In this document: positions 25,496 through 38,429 of the stretch, one piece after another | Position numbering within the stretch: position 1 is the first letter of the stretch | How the letters are laid out: each line of letters begins with the position of its first letter | From: Tubiluchus corallicola | Taxonomy: Eukaryota; Animalia; Priapulida | DNA: 64,000 nucleotides | Direction: 5' to 3' | Assembly: GCA_030141605.1 (NCBI GenBank) | Contig: JAQGDQ010000920.1 | Location: forward strand, 1 to 64,000 | The notes under the pieces: generated by a model | The model's database searches: none | What the model saw: the letters and a program-made list of their open reading frames with translations, nothing else | Told to the model about the DNA's origin: nothing | Program-made: the position numbers and the translations under genes

Positions 25496-25990
25496 CAGGG
25501 ATGAGAATTTTCCGCGGATACGCGGAATTCTGAGTTTTTGGAAGACCAGTAGTGCCATTTTTGTAAATCGCGTAAATTCGTTGAGAAATTTTTTATGGAC
25601 CCAGGACATTATTTCACAAGCTGACCGCTAGTTGGCAGGCCGTCACTTTCTTTACATCACATACATCAGCGTAACTACGTGTATATCTCTATGTATAAAA
25701 ATATGGAATCAATTGTGCGGAGCTATTTGAGTCAATTGCAGACAGTTTTTATATACTTTTGCATAGGAGCGGCCAGTACTTAAGTGTTTTTGAGAAAATT
25801 AGGTATCATGTATCCTTGATAGTTGGGTATTTTAAATTATGCATGAAACAAGGTAACTGATATTTTAAGTCCACTTAGAGGCTCTCTATGGTCACAAAAT
25901 TGCAATTTGTTGCTGGCTCCAAGGGGGCTTGCTTGAACCCCATTGGGGGCCTAGGTGGCCCCAAAACCCCCGGCCTGTTTCAGAGTTTTT
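25496..25990 (+). mobile_element. Copy of the 8479-8944 MITE lacking an intact right TIR
   Basis: CAGGGATGAGAATTTTCCGCGG start; near-identical body. Confidence 0.78.
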
Positions 25991-27329
25991 TGCAATTTGC
26001 AGTGAGAAAACATAGAAATCTCCTGCTTGCCTTGTTATGAAGCCTCACCCTTATTGATTTCCCAGTGGCAGTTTTGTTTTTGCTATCTTGGGGCCATAAA
26101 ATTCAGTTTTTTGTCATACAATAGGTGCTGTTTATTAGACTCAGTTGCCTAATTGATTCAAAAATGCCTGGTACGGGCTTCTTCTATTGAAATGTTTATA
26201 AAAACTGTCAGTAATTGACTCAAATGATTTCGCATAACTAAGTCAACATTTTTCCTTCTCGCACTAAAAACAACGCACTTGCGCGTGCTCAAAGAGCTTT
26301 TACTGCTTTTGTGTCATCTTTACATTGATTTTGTGCACTTTATGAGATTCATTAGAAATTTCATAAACCAACTTATTCGTGAAGAAATGGTGCAACCGTT
26401 CTTGCATGTAATTTTTAGTGATAATAAATCAGATTTGTGTGATTTTTTATTTTCTTTTGTTTTATTAATTCATTCATTTTATTTATTCTCTTGTGTAAAT
26501 TAGCATTCTTAAATAATTGCACATAGGAATTTTGACATTAATTCATTTCTAAAATTTATTTTAAGCCTTTGCAACTCATACTTACAGTCGTGACCAATTA
26601 TTGGTATGTAGTCGTTATATTTGTATTTAGTAGTTTGTAGATCGTTTTCATTCGTGTTCATTTCGACGTAGTTATTAATTCATCATAGCCAATGGCCCCT
26701 ACATAGCAATCTTGCTCTATTTTTTTTTAATCAAACGTAGCATTTAGCTTTACACGGTAAGATGATGACTCATACTTCTATAGTAATAGGCTAGGCCTGT
26801 CGGCTAATCGAATCAGTCGGTTAATTAGGTCAAAACACTTCCATCCCAAAGTGAGTCTATTAAGGTCCATCTACTATATTTGAAACTCTCCGACCATTGT
26901 CAAGCTAAATTGTTGTTAAGAGTTTGTAGACATGCAATAGACTAAATTGAGATTGAGTCTAGCAAGCTAAAGCATTGTGCAATATGTTATTTGTTAGTTT
27001 GAAACTTAGAATATTGTTAGGGAAAATGGTTGAGGTTAATTGCATATGAGAAAAGTTGTCTAAAAAGCAAGAACATTATATTTTAGCTAATAAGTGTGTA
27101 ATTTGATTCATAACTTGAGTTTTTAATCTTAACAATACCTCTATATACCCGTGTTTGTGTAATAAAATTTATAATGGTCAGGGTATTTGAGAAGTTATGG
27201 TGTTTTTTGAACAATCCATTTTTTATAATAATTAAAAATGTCAGTCTTACGAGGTTACTAGTATAGCATATCTGCACTTGGGGGTTCCCTTTATGATTCA
27301 GTAGTTAAAGAAAGCACATTAGATCACTT

Positions 27330-28300
27330 GTTATCACTTATAATGACGCATGAAAATATTTTTATGTAAAGAACAGATGGCACTATATTTGAAATAGAAG
27401 ACTTTCGTGCATCACGTCTTAAGGAAGCTGACGAGTTTTTAGCAGTTCATTATGGAACTTCTACTGAGGACATCTATATATATATAATTGGATATAAACA
27501 AACATTTTCTTTCTCTAGTTACCAGCATATTGCCTAACATTCACGGATCAACACAAAATTATCTACCTTTGGTGCAAGTTGGTTGGCATCCTTCTGTGTC
27601 GGAAGACAATGGAGTGTGTGCCAAGAGAGTCAGTTATTGATCACATTGATGGAGCTGCAGCGTCGACTGTGGCTGAGCAGTACGATCCTTGAACATCTCC
27701 TGGGCACACGCCTGGACAAGGTGTATGGAGATCCTGAGTTGTCCAGACAACAGGAACCCCTTTCTTTCTCCCTAGTGTAGACCAAAGGAAAGCGAAGCGA
27801 TACGTTTGGCACCAGGTTGGCTGCCGGAGTCAGTGAGCATGCTGCACTGGTCCGCCGCCTTCAGGGCTCCACTGGTGCAAGTAGTGACCATATTAATATT
27901 AGTTCAGGAGAGGCTTCTTCAGCTGCTAGTGCAACTTCAACTAATTGAAACTGGCAAGTTGCAAGTTTGGGACCTGCCTCAGATCACAAATCAGTATATT
28001 TTCCCGTGCGAGGCACAAACATTTTTCCTAAGAAACTACGGAAGTCAAAACATTTACATAGACCAAAAAACAAAGCAAAATGTGAAGAAGTAATAGCAGG
28101 GCAAACACAGCTCATGAGCATCAGTAATGAATGACTATTTCACTGTGATTTGTGTTCTTACCAATCAGCAAGAAAAGATCTTTTAGAGAAACATCTCAGG
28201 CTTCGTACAGGAGAGAAACCTTTTTCTTGCCAATACTGTGGTCAAGAAGTCAAGTGACAGCAGTAATCTGGCTAAACACACCCGAACGTGTATCAAAAGA
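27330..28300 (+). pseudogene. Decayed zinc-finger paralog (cluster copy 3)
   Basis: LMSISNE*LFHCDLCSYQSARKDLLEKHLRLRTGEKPFSCQYCGQ-(frameshift)-SDSSNLAKHTRTC at 28111-28293, with an in-frame TGA. A weak KIFLCKEQ remnant near 27355 suggests the 5' end, which is uncertain. Confidence 0.72.
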
Positions 28301-28859
28301 CACAGCTTTAGATAAAAATTTTACACCAATTTAAATTCTTAAAGGAAAACCAGACCCAATCTTAAATTGCAGGTCAAAGGTCAAAACAATCTACTCTTTA
28401 AAATACTGAAAGGAAGCATGCTACATTTTCAAGAATGACTAATGTGAAAGAATTATTACTACACAAGCACAATTTCACGTTCGTGCTGCTAGTTCTTGCA
28501 CAGCAGTAAATTTGAAATTAGAATTTTTATCTTAAAATTTGCGAATTTCTAGCACAACACACTGCAGTAGCACTGTACTTCAATTTTCTCTTTTGCAAAC
28601 ACGCTTCTCGAATATTTTTGCTGTTGAGAATTATGTTCCTTTGTGATGTCATCAATACTTAGGCTCGGCCATCTTTAATTAAGATTTCAATCTATTATTT
28701 AATTATCAGAAAGGCTTTTCCAGTATTGTTGTTGTTAACATGTGTACTCTTTATTGAACTTGAAAATGGGGTAATGTATGAAAAATCATCTTGTCTTCCT
28801 TGTACAAACCTCTTTTTGTTTATTTCAGATAACCGCATTTTGGTTTACCTAATTAAGTT

Positions 28860-29729
28860 ATGGATATGGAGCCGCCGCTGCTTTATTACAAATGTACAGC
28901 GTGTGCTGAGTGCTTTCTGACGGAGGAAATATTCTTTGCTCATACTCGTACCTGGCATTGTAAAATTTTAGTGTGTGAAGGTCAAAATCCTGTTGTTGAC
29001 ACTATGTACATGTCTGAAAATGGTCATTTGTCAGCAATGAACCACTGTGAAACACAGGAGTCTGTAAGTCATGCTGACTACAATATCACCATAAAAGAAG
29101 AGACTGATGACTTCAGCAATATTGTAAAAGATGAATATGAAAACGAAGATTGCGCGAAACGCGACGCTGATGATGGCAGCGATGACGTTGTAGTAGTAAC
29201 ACCTTCCTTCATTCCACCTGCTTCGTTTACTTCCGGTCATTTGTCAGGAAGTGCACTGGTACCTTTAGCAGGTTGCAGCCGGGAAGCTGAGGAAGACAGT
29301 GTGGAAAAGAACCACGGTCAAGCGGAGATTGAACAGGACATTAATTTTCCCGAGCAAGGGTTTTTGTCCAAGTGGCTACTGATGCAGCAGAATTCGAATA
29401 GTACCAGTTTTCTCTGCAGAAGTGGTCAACAAACTCGCAAGCAAAGGTTTTATAAGAAACCTGCAGTAAAACGGCGTATTAACAAGCCATTAAGATCAGC
29501 CAGCAACTCAACACCAGGAACACTTGGGCTGGTGAGTGTTAGTAATCAGAGACTGTGGCAGTGCAATACGTGCTTTTATCACACGAAAAGTAAACCTGAT
29601 TTGATAAAACATGTGCGGTTGCATACGGGTGAAAAACCATTCTCCTGTCCATTTCCAAGCTGTGAAAGAAGATTTAGTGATAAAAGCAACCGCAATAAAC
29701 ACGTTAAATCGCACACGCCCAAATACTGA
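28860..29729 (+). CDS. C2H2 zinc-finger protein, cluster copy 4 (289 aa), same architecture as copy 1
   Basis: YYKCTACAECFLTEEIFFAHTRTWHCKILVCEGQNP; WQCNTCFYHTKSKPDLIKHVRLH-TGEKP-FSCPFPSCERRFSDKSNRNKHVKSH; acceptor TTATTTCAG ending at 28828. Confidence 0.9.
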   Translation: MDMEPPLLYYKCTACAECFLTEEIFFAHTRTWHCKILVCEGQNPVVDTMYMSENGHLSAMNHCETQESVSHADYNITIKEETDDFSNIVKDEYENEDCAKRDADDGSDDVVVVTPSFIPPASFTSGHLSGSALVPLAGCSREAEEDSVEKNHGQAEIEQDINFPEQGFLSKWLLMQQNSNSTSFLCRSGQQTRKQRFYKKPAVKRRINKPLRSASNSTPGTLGLVSVSNQRLWQCNTCFYHTKSKPDLIKHVRLHTGEKPFSCPFPSCERRFSDKSNRNKHVKSHTPKY

Positions 29730-31439
29730 TTGCAGACATGTAGTTCTTGATCTCGAAAAGGCTTCAGACAGCAGGCTACTTGTAGTAAAGACTTGTAAAA
29801 TAAGAATGAACTAAAATGCAGAAAAACAGTGAAATGTAACCGCATTTAGATTTAAGAAAACTAATGAAAGTGTTGAGTATAAGATTACTATAATATATGG
29901 GTATTTAGCTGGCTTAGATTGAGTGCTGAGCTTTATTCTGTGCACCGTTTATGTTTCAAATGCTGTGTATGTAATAGAAATGAAAATTTATGGTCATTTG
30001 CACATTGCATTGAGAAACAATGTTGGATAATTTCTTGGAGTTCTAGTGTTGTTTTAAAGGACAAGAAAGGCCTAGTTAAAGAAAGTCAGAAAATTTTCGC
30101 TAAAGAATTATAACGGTTAGGGGCAATCTTAAGCGTTTATCATACTCACGTTAAAAGAATTTTCTGTTTGTTTTCATTTTAAATGCTCCCGCGAGACTGT
30201 CACGGCGGCGCCATATTAGATGGCGTCACAGAACCACAACACAAATCTTTATAGTACACGTGCTCAGAACTCACTGCGACTATGTTCTAGTGATGTCATG
30301 CCACGTCACATGCTGGCTTTTCAATTGGCGGACTAAATGAAACATGTCTGCGCCAACGTTTACTGCAGCGGTTGAAATATTTTACAAAAATTGGAGTAAA
30401 TGCGAAAACTAGAGTATTTTATTCGCTTAAGAGTACTGAAGTGATATAATTTTTTATTGCGAGTTTTCTGAGGCTTACTTTGGTTGGCCATTTTCTTGTC
30501 TTTTGAATTTATAATTTAGGTATGCTGTGATTACTTCCCATTCTTCTTTTCTTTTATGTCGGTGGTCATTGTTGCGCTGTAGATTGACAGAGCAAACTGA
30601 GTGCGCACTAATGCTTTATAGATATGAAACAGCGCATTAAGCAGGCGTTAATTGTTCGGGCTTTAATTTCTGTACGCCGCGTAGCTAGTGGTTAAAAAAG
30701 TTCGTTTTAGTGTTGTCTGTAACTTTGTATAAATTATAATGCAAGTGTTGTCCACTATTACAGGAAGCTACAATCTTAGTACATTTTTTGCCTTTAGAAT
30801 TTTTTTGTTTATGGGCTTCTTGTGAGGCGAAGAAATAAAAAGAAAAAATTGAGAATATTTATAGTGACAGAAGTTTAGCGATGCCGAGCCTTGCCAATAA
30901 ATGAATAGGTGACCGTTATGAGTACTTATTCTCTATTAGTTCTGGTTATTTCTCCAGTTAAGATGTATTCACATTCGGACATTGCTAAGACACTTCGCCA
31001 TGTGCTGGTCTATGTTATATAATAGGTTGATCTCAGATGACGTCACACTCACGTGACTCAGTAGTTTCGTCTCTCTTCACTTTTGTTTTATGCCGTAACA
31101 ATGTATTTCATTTTTCTCTTATTTAACAAAGTTTTATCAGTACATACTTCATCCTGTTATGTGTCATCTTCATCCGTAATATAAGAATCTAGTATTTCAT
31201 CTTACCACAACAGTGCACATTTAGTAGGCCGTACCATTAGTGCTTTTTGGGTTTTCGCTCATTGAAGCATAATGAACTTGGAATACCATGAAATAGACAA
31301 ATTTTTTTAAAGTTGGAGTTCGAACCAAATATATCATGTTATCTGACTGATTCGTGTCATTTCTTTGATCTTGTTTGAAACATGTGAATTTTGTTACTTC
31401 TTTCGGATATTTCAACAGAACCTTAATGGAAATAGCAAT

Positions 31440-32345
31440 TGGTTTCTATTTTTTGTTTGTTTGCCTGTTTGTTTCACTATTCACTTCGTTGTACCTTTAT
31501 TTGCTTAACTAGCAGGCGGGCAGTTCAACTAGCAGGATGGTTAGCAGATAGTTTGGTTAGCCGTTTATACTTCATACTGATTATGCATGACTGGTTTATG
31601 CCCGATATATTGACTCATTCGGTTTTTAGTAGATCATTGGTTTGCTGGTTTATAGGTTGTGTGCTTGGTGTTGACTAGCTGATTGTTTGGTGTCTTGGTT
31701 GTTTTGTTGGCTGGTTGACTAGTTGGTTTGTAGGTTGGATGGCTGACTGACTGACTGACTAATTTATTTTTTGGCTTCACGATTGTTTGTGCAATGTTGG
31801 CTGATTGTATGGCTAGCTGGTTAATTAAATATTGGCTATCAGGTTGACTATATAGTTGATTAGTTGCATATTATTTATCCCTATCAGCACTGACTAGGTT
31901 ATTAGGTGGATGGCTTCCTGAATGGTTGGTTGGTTAAACTTAGTTATTAGTCCTCAGACTACAATGTTTTTATTGTTGATGTTTGGTTGAGTGTTTAGAC
32001 AGGAATTTGTGGGGGGGGGTAGTTGTGTGTAATTGCTTGTTCATGTTGATTGTCTGCAACAACTGTAAAGTCGGTCATTTGGTCAGTTGGTTGTTTTTTT
32101 TGTTGATGTTTGGTTAAGTGTTTAGACGGGAGTTGCTTGGGTGGGTGGTTGTGTATAATTGGTTGTTCATGTTGATTGTCTGCAACAACTGCAAAGTCGG
32201 TCAATTGGTCAGTTGGTTGTAAAGTTGAGGTGTTCGTCCACTTTACAGCTGCTTTTTTGGAGCTTTGCCATTTAAATAGCTAGTTGCTGATTTGCTAAAT
32301 GATCGAGCGAATTGGCTCATTTTGCTTGGTTGGTTAGTTGTTTTA
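31440..32345. repeat. Degenerate GT-rich low-complexity tract (GGTT/GACT-type) containing a roughly 128-bp tandem duplication (about 31968-32220)
   Basis: Strong G/T strand bias; TGTTGATGTTTGGTT...GGTCAGTTGGTTGT occurs twice. Confidence 0.75.
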
Positions 32346-34579
32346 ACTTTCTTGTCTTTTCTTTAAAAGCATTTTCTAATCTCTGACTAAGTTAGTGTAA
32401 TATCACTACAGCAGCTGAATCATGTTAATTATAAAGTCGGTCGCTGTCGTGTTTTCCTGTGCAACATTCTTATTAACCGTGCAGGTAGCTCGGTAATCAG
32501 TAATGCTGTTTCTATGAGAAGCTGTGGGAAGAGGTTGCTTTCTCACTGTAGTCACGTGATTCATTCGAATCGATACCGACATGCTTCTTATCGATTTCAG
32601 GCTATTCCTCACCACATTTTCAGTGTCTTGCTGTTATTAATTGTGACTCACATACGTATGCGAAATGTTAGTTATTTAGTGCTTTGAAATTGAAGTTAAT
32701 TGCTTGCCGGAGGTAGATGTAGTGCAAAAACGTAACATTCAGTCTGAGTACTTTCACTCATTAATGACGGTAAGCCCGCTAATTAAGCCGGTATATTGTT
32801 ACTTCTATGCTGATCTAATGAGTTGTTATTCAGCAAAGATGATTTATATGTATGTATTTATGGCGCGTAAAACCAGAAATGTTTTTATCTGAATGCATCG
32901 AAAGTATGCTTGCCAGTTTTGGAGCTTTCATCGATATCGACACACACTATGGGCTTAGTTATACAAAATTTAAATTACTATAATATATAGTACCAAGTGT
33001 AACAGATTGTACAAAGAAACTTTTAACAACTGGCGTACAGTTTTTATATTTAGGTTTCTCCGTGGATATAATCAATTTGTTCAGCATGCGTCATCGTTTT
33101 TCACAATTTTTTATTACTCGATTTTCTGAAAGCGTTAGTGGCGTATTACTGTACTAGGTACGATAATTAGCATTAATTAGCATGTTAATGGCAGCACGGT
33201 TTCTTATGCGTATGGTTTATGACTGCATGTTACAGACCACTCCTGTTTTTTGTGTATCAATGATGTAATGATGTCTTAACTTAACTGACAGTTAAATTTG
33301 TAATTCTGCAGACTTGAAACGATTTAGTGACTGTAATGCAATGCAATCCATATTAACACAAATTTTATTCTTAATTACAATTACAGTGACAGCAAAAAGC
33401 ATAACGTTTCAAATTGAGTAATGCTATCATTTTTCTTGAGATGCAAGAATAAGAAAGAAGGGCTGTGGGAGGAATGCATGAAATTACTAATTTTTAGGGA
33501 GCTTTTTTATATTAGGTCTACTAATTAGCACGCAAAGACAATATTCACATTTAAAAAAAGGATACACTCACTTAGAAAAACACACACATCAAATAAGAAC
33601 TTAATTGTATCTCACTTTATCAGGTACTGCAGTAGTGGTCAGTACTTGCCAGTAATTTCTTATTTAATCTTGATGTGTCTTTTCATGCAACTCTACTTTT
33701 TTGTGTGTGTTTTCTTGGTGTTGTGGGATTACTCCATTAATTGGCACTAATCTTGTCACTATAAGAATTGAGTTTGCACTATTCAACTTTAATTTTACAC
33801 ATACAATATTAAGCCGTGAGTACCATGTGGTACACGTATCACATTGGAACAGATCAGTAGAAATTAATACCCATGCAGTGTATATGCGAAGCTCGCTGAG
33901 GAAAATCTCTCATTTAGTTGGAAGCCACAGTCACCCAGTTTCTTTAAAGGACAAAAATTTGAACTAGCTAAAGTTGGAATTTCTATGTGATTTGCTACCA
34001 ATGATTATTATTGACGTGATCAATGGGAAAAAGCAAGAATTAATGCCAGATATCTTGACTTGTGGCTCCATAATGAAGTTGTACTTCAGTCAACCTGGCC
34101 GGTTTTAGTGCTTATTCAATGCAGCCTTCAAATTTCATGGTCCATCTAGAGTTCTTATTTACAATGCAGTAGTGTCATATTTTGAAGCTCAGTTAAAACC
34201 TGCAAAGTGATAAAATTTAGAGAAATTATTGGGCTCACCGTAGAGGTGTAAGAGGTGTAGAGGTGACAGGATACAGTTTTCTTTTTTGGCTTGCTCCTTT
34301 ATGATGTGGATATATAGGAACCTGATAGAAATATTAGAATAGCCGCTGCAAATCGCCATAAACCCACAATTAGCTGACAAGCCTGGTTCAAATAATACAG
34401 AAAAACACCAAATAAAACGGTATATGTGAATACAATTATGTACGTTAGTAATATTATTAAAATATATAATTATTTTACTTTATATTGCAGAATTTCCTCA
34501 ATTTGCCCCAAAAATTATGTCTGAGCGAGTTAAGTGTAGTTCGTGCAAAAAAATTAAAGATGAATGCTTCCAAAGCTGA

Positions 34580-35237
34580 AGGTTTCCCGTCGTGCTTAAT
34601 TGCGTTTGTTTACAAACACTGCGTGTTTTCTCACTTTCTAATTTCAGCTTTCTGCACAAAATGTGTTAGGTGTAATGGTTAACCGGTCTGCCAGACTTAA
34701 TTAGTAGGCCTACTTTTCTCTCTGTCCTGTGCTAGGAATTATAATTTTGAAACTTTTACGTTCTGTAGACTAATTAGGCGCTATTACACTTTCGCACCGC
34801 CTAGCTTTTCCTGGCCTATTGGTTGTTTTCACGCCAGAAAGCAGACCAACAGGCGTAATATACACCATATTCCCATAATATTATTGCTGCGTACGCTTTA
34901 TAAGTCCAGGTTTCCCGTCGTGCTTAATTGCGTTTGTTTACAAACACTGCGTGTTTTCTCACTTTCTAATTTCAGCTTTCTGCACAAAATGTGTTAGGTG
35001 TAATGGTTAACCGGTCTGCCAGACTTAATTAGTAGGCCTACTTTTCTCTCTGTCCTGTGCTAGGAATTATAATTTTGAAACTTTTACGTTCTGTAGACTA
35101 ATTAGGCGCTATTACACTTTCGCACCGCCTAGCTTTTCCTGGCCTATTGGTTGTTTTCACGCCAGAAAGCAGACCAACAGGCGTAATATACACCATATTC
35201 CCATAATATTATTGCTGCGTACGCTTTATAAGTCCAG
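34580..35237. repeat. Apparently exact 328-bp tandem duplication
   Basis: AGGTTTCCCGTCGTGC... starts at both 34580 and 34908. Confidence 0.93.
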
Positions 35238-35815
35238 ATTAAAATCATGCATTACTTACTTACAGCCGCCATTAAAAGCTGCACGTGAATAACCGTGTTT
35301 ACATCACTGATGCGCAATCGCTCTCGCGCAGTGACGTGTGTGGCACTTAACCTGTATTTTTAGTTTCTTCACATAATTTATGATTATTAGGGTTGCAGCT
35401 ACGAGAGTTTGTATCGTATCGCGGGTGGGCCTGGAACGGAACAGTTATTTATCATAAATTTTATTTATTACTGTAGTATTATTACTATTAGATTATAAAA
35501 AAGTAAAGGTTTTTTCTTTATTTCGTAAATGCGGTGAAGATGAAAGTGTGTCACGTGCCTTTAAGCTAGGCCCTGATAATGCATAAACTAGTACGAAATT
35601 CGTCACGTGACCACACACACAAACAAGATGGCGATACTGTGTCGAACTGTGAATACAGCGTAATTATTGTTAATTATGCCTAAATAAGATTAAATTACAA
35701 TTAGATTAGCGGAAACATTCACTGATGACGTAAGAATAATAGAATGATGACTTACGAGCCTAAAAACGAGTAATAACCTATAAAAAGCTAGGCGGTGCGA
35801 AAGTGTAATAGCCCC
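35105..35815. mobile_element. Non-autonomous TIR element with 9-bp TSD (MULE-like)
   Basis: GACTAATTA|GGCGCTATTACACTTTCGCACCGCCTAGCTTTT...AAAAGCTAGGCGGTGCGAAAGTGTAATAGCCCC|GACTAATTA. Confidence 0.85.
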
Positions 35816-38429
35816 GACTAATTAAGTCTGTAGACTATGCTAGACTAATTCAATTGCTGACCAAACTACATACTACAGTGTACTAACTTATTCATGATTA
35901 CTGGAGGAAAATTTTCGGCTAAAATTGTCTGATTCATATTCAATGTGTGTAATAATACACGAAGACCAGAGTGTAAAAATACAAATGTATCAGAAGATTT
36001 GTATCTAAAAAAAAGTAAGACGTGGCATGATTGAGTGTGCTGTTAAGAGCATCAGCACCCCTGGACTATATCTAACTTTGGTGGCTAATTCAGTGGTGAA
36101 ATAAATAATATTAACGTTTAACAATAATTATTGGTATTTTGGCAAAAACAAATCCTTGTTTAGCTTTTCAAGGCCACGTAATTTCATATTATATTGTTTT
36201 GTTTACTTGGTTACAAAAAAGCAGAATCATATGCACATAATACAAATTATAAGAAAGATTTGACTTTCGAAATCAGACAGGCTTATGGGTATGATAAATG
36301 TCTTCAAGTCTGATTTGGCTAAATTTTACAGTGGCAGCCAATACCCGTATACTTGAAATAGATCTGCATGAGTTTTGAACTGCTCACTACCCGGGTGAGT
36401 TCATGAAATCTACTGACTGAACTATTTTAAATAGTTTTTTCAAAATATTCTGTAAAAAGTTTCTGGCATTTCTTCATTATGAACTGACAGCTCCATGATG
36501 CCCTGGAATCACATTGTTGAAGTAACCGAACCTGATATTTGAAGTGATTTAAAGTTAAGCAAGGGCATACGTTCACTTATTCAGCTGTGTGGTGTGTCAG
36601 CTGCAGAACAATATTTCCTAGTCGGTGCTTTGCTACTGTCTTACAAAAGAATGTATTACAAAATTGTAAAAAAATATTTTATTCTTCCTGGTTGAGCTTT
36701 ACCACTAAGTTGACTGCCACACATCCCATTTATGGCTATTGCATAATTCCACAAAGTGCACTTGCAATCTTTCATGTTTCTGCCTTTTAATGCTTTATTC
36801 ATTGCACTGCATCTTCGATTAAATGTGATTGATGAGTACCGCTTTAGCTAATATAATGAAACAACGTTCCCAAGCGGGTGGAAGGAAATTTTTTCAGCTA
36901 AAGTTATGTTTACAAGCTAGCTGTCTATTAGGTATGTAGTAGGTAGTTTTTTTAACTAATTACAAAGTTACAGAAAGTAAACTCCCATTGTAATGGAAGG
37001 GCAGAGGAGTTTGTAATCACGGATAGACCATAATAAAAATTAATGAGGTGATACAAAAAGTACAGTATGATGACACGTCTTAATTGAAAGAAGCAGTGAG
37101 TACATGCAAACCATTCATGTGTGTGTGGAAAAATACCACGACATGCTGACTTGTGGCACTGGTATACTCAGTGTGTCATCCACCGATCTGCTGCTGCAAC
37201 ATCAGTTTGGAAAGCATACTTGTTTGGTATAGCCAGAATGTTTAGACCAATGGTGACTCGTAGCTAAAATTAAATGGGCATGCTGCTACAGAAAATGTTT
37301 AGCCATTGCTTTAATACTGTGTAAAACAAAACAAAACAACACACACGCATATATATAATTTTAATGTTGTAATTGTAATTTAAACATACAAAAATTAATA
37401 GTAAAGTTGATAAAATCCTAAACACAAAAATATTTTTTGCTTACTAATGGCCTAAATTATCGCAGTTCAAGCTTGATCCATTCACGGTAAGCACGTGACA
37501 AGCGACAATAAACTGTGTGAGTGACAGTACTTTCTCTACCTGGCCTCAGATATGTGCGCATGGCCGCATGCGTATGATAGACAAACACTGCATTCTTGGA
37601 GAGCACTGTGCTGGGCTGTGAAGCAGACGTTACTAACCTCATGTGCTCTGGTTCTGTATAAATATAAAGAAGGAACCAAAGAAAAAAGATTTATTATATT
37701 GAATATTATCGATAATATCGAGTGAAAATAGGGGGTGCTGCGGTTTCACAATACCTATACACGAGCTGCCACTGGCTTAGACGACATTCGGTTACAGTAG
37801 TTTAACAGAAATAGTCAGTTATTTCCATCGTAATTGGATCTGCTGTAACGAATGTTTACAGTACTAGGATAACATTCTGTTAATTGTCTGTTGTCTTATT
37901 GGTTTTGCTTTTATCTCATTTTCGTCTTTTATCGGTTAAATTTTATTGTCCTATTTACTAAATTACCATTTATCTTGCTTCGGCTTATGCATTTTATTCT
38001 ATTTTAGCAATTTCTGAAGTATTATTTCTCTATTTCTCCATCTCTATTTAAAATGTTTCTGAAAATTGTGTCATCTACCTAGAGTAAGTCAATTGTACTT
38101 TCTTTAGCTCACACATACGAAAATCTCTTACTTCTAGTCTTTTAGTACAGCAAATGATTTTTTTTCAAAATGGCAGCCGCAGAAACTTGCCAGCTAGCTG
38201 GGCTTTGTTTTTTTTTTGATGTATTGTCTAGTTTAAAAAATGGTGTGTAATGATTGGAGTTTGAAGCTTTACTCGGCTTGAGAAATCAGATAAACTGATT
38301 TGAATAAAATATCGTGTTTTTCGTGTTTTTTGAAATTTTCGAGCTTTACGTTAACTATCTGAAATGTATTATTGCTAATGTGCCAAGAATATTTCGGTTG
38401 TTAACCGTTAATGTGTTTCGTTAATTTCG

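Noticed and set aside
20100-29730. ZF ORFs as alternative coding 3' exons of TRABID or of a BTB gene
   Set aside because: TRABID ends with its normal terminal exon, no BTB exon is visible, and an in-frame TAA follows each ZF acceptor
38165-38185. YY1-like AAAATGGCAGCC motif as the VPS13 promoter (similar motifs near 30205-30225)
   Set aside because: Short motifs alone, also found inside transposons here; a TSS cannot be placed without transcript data
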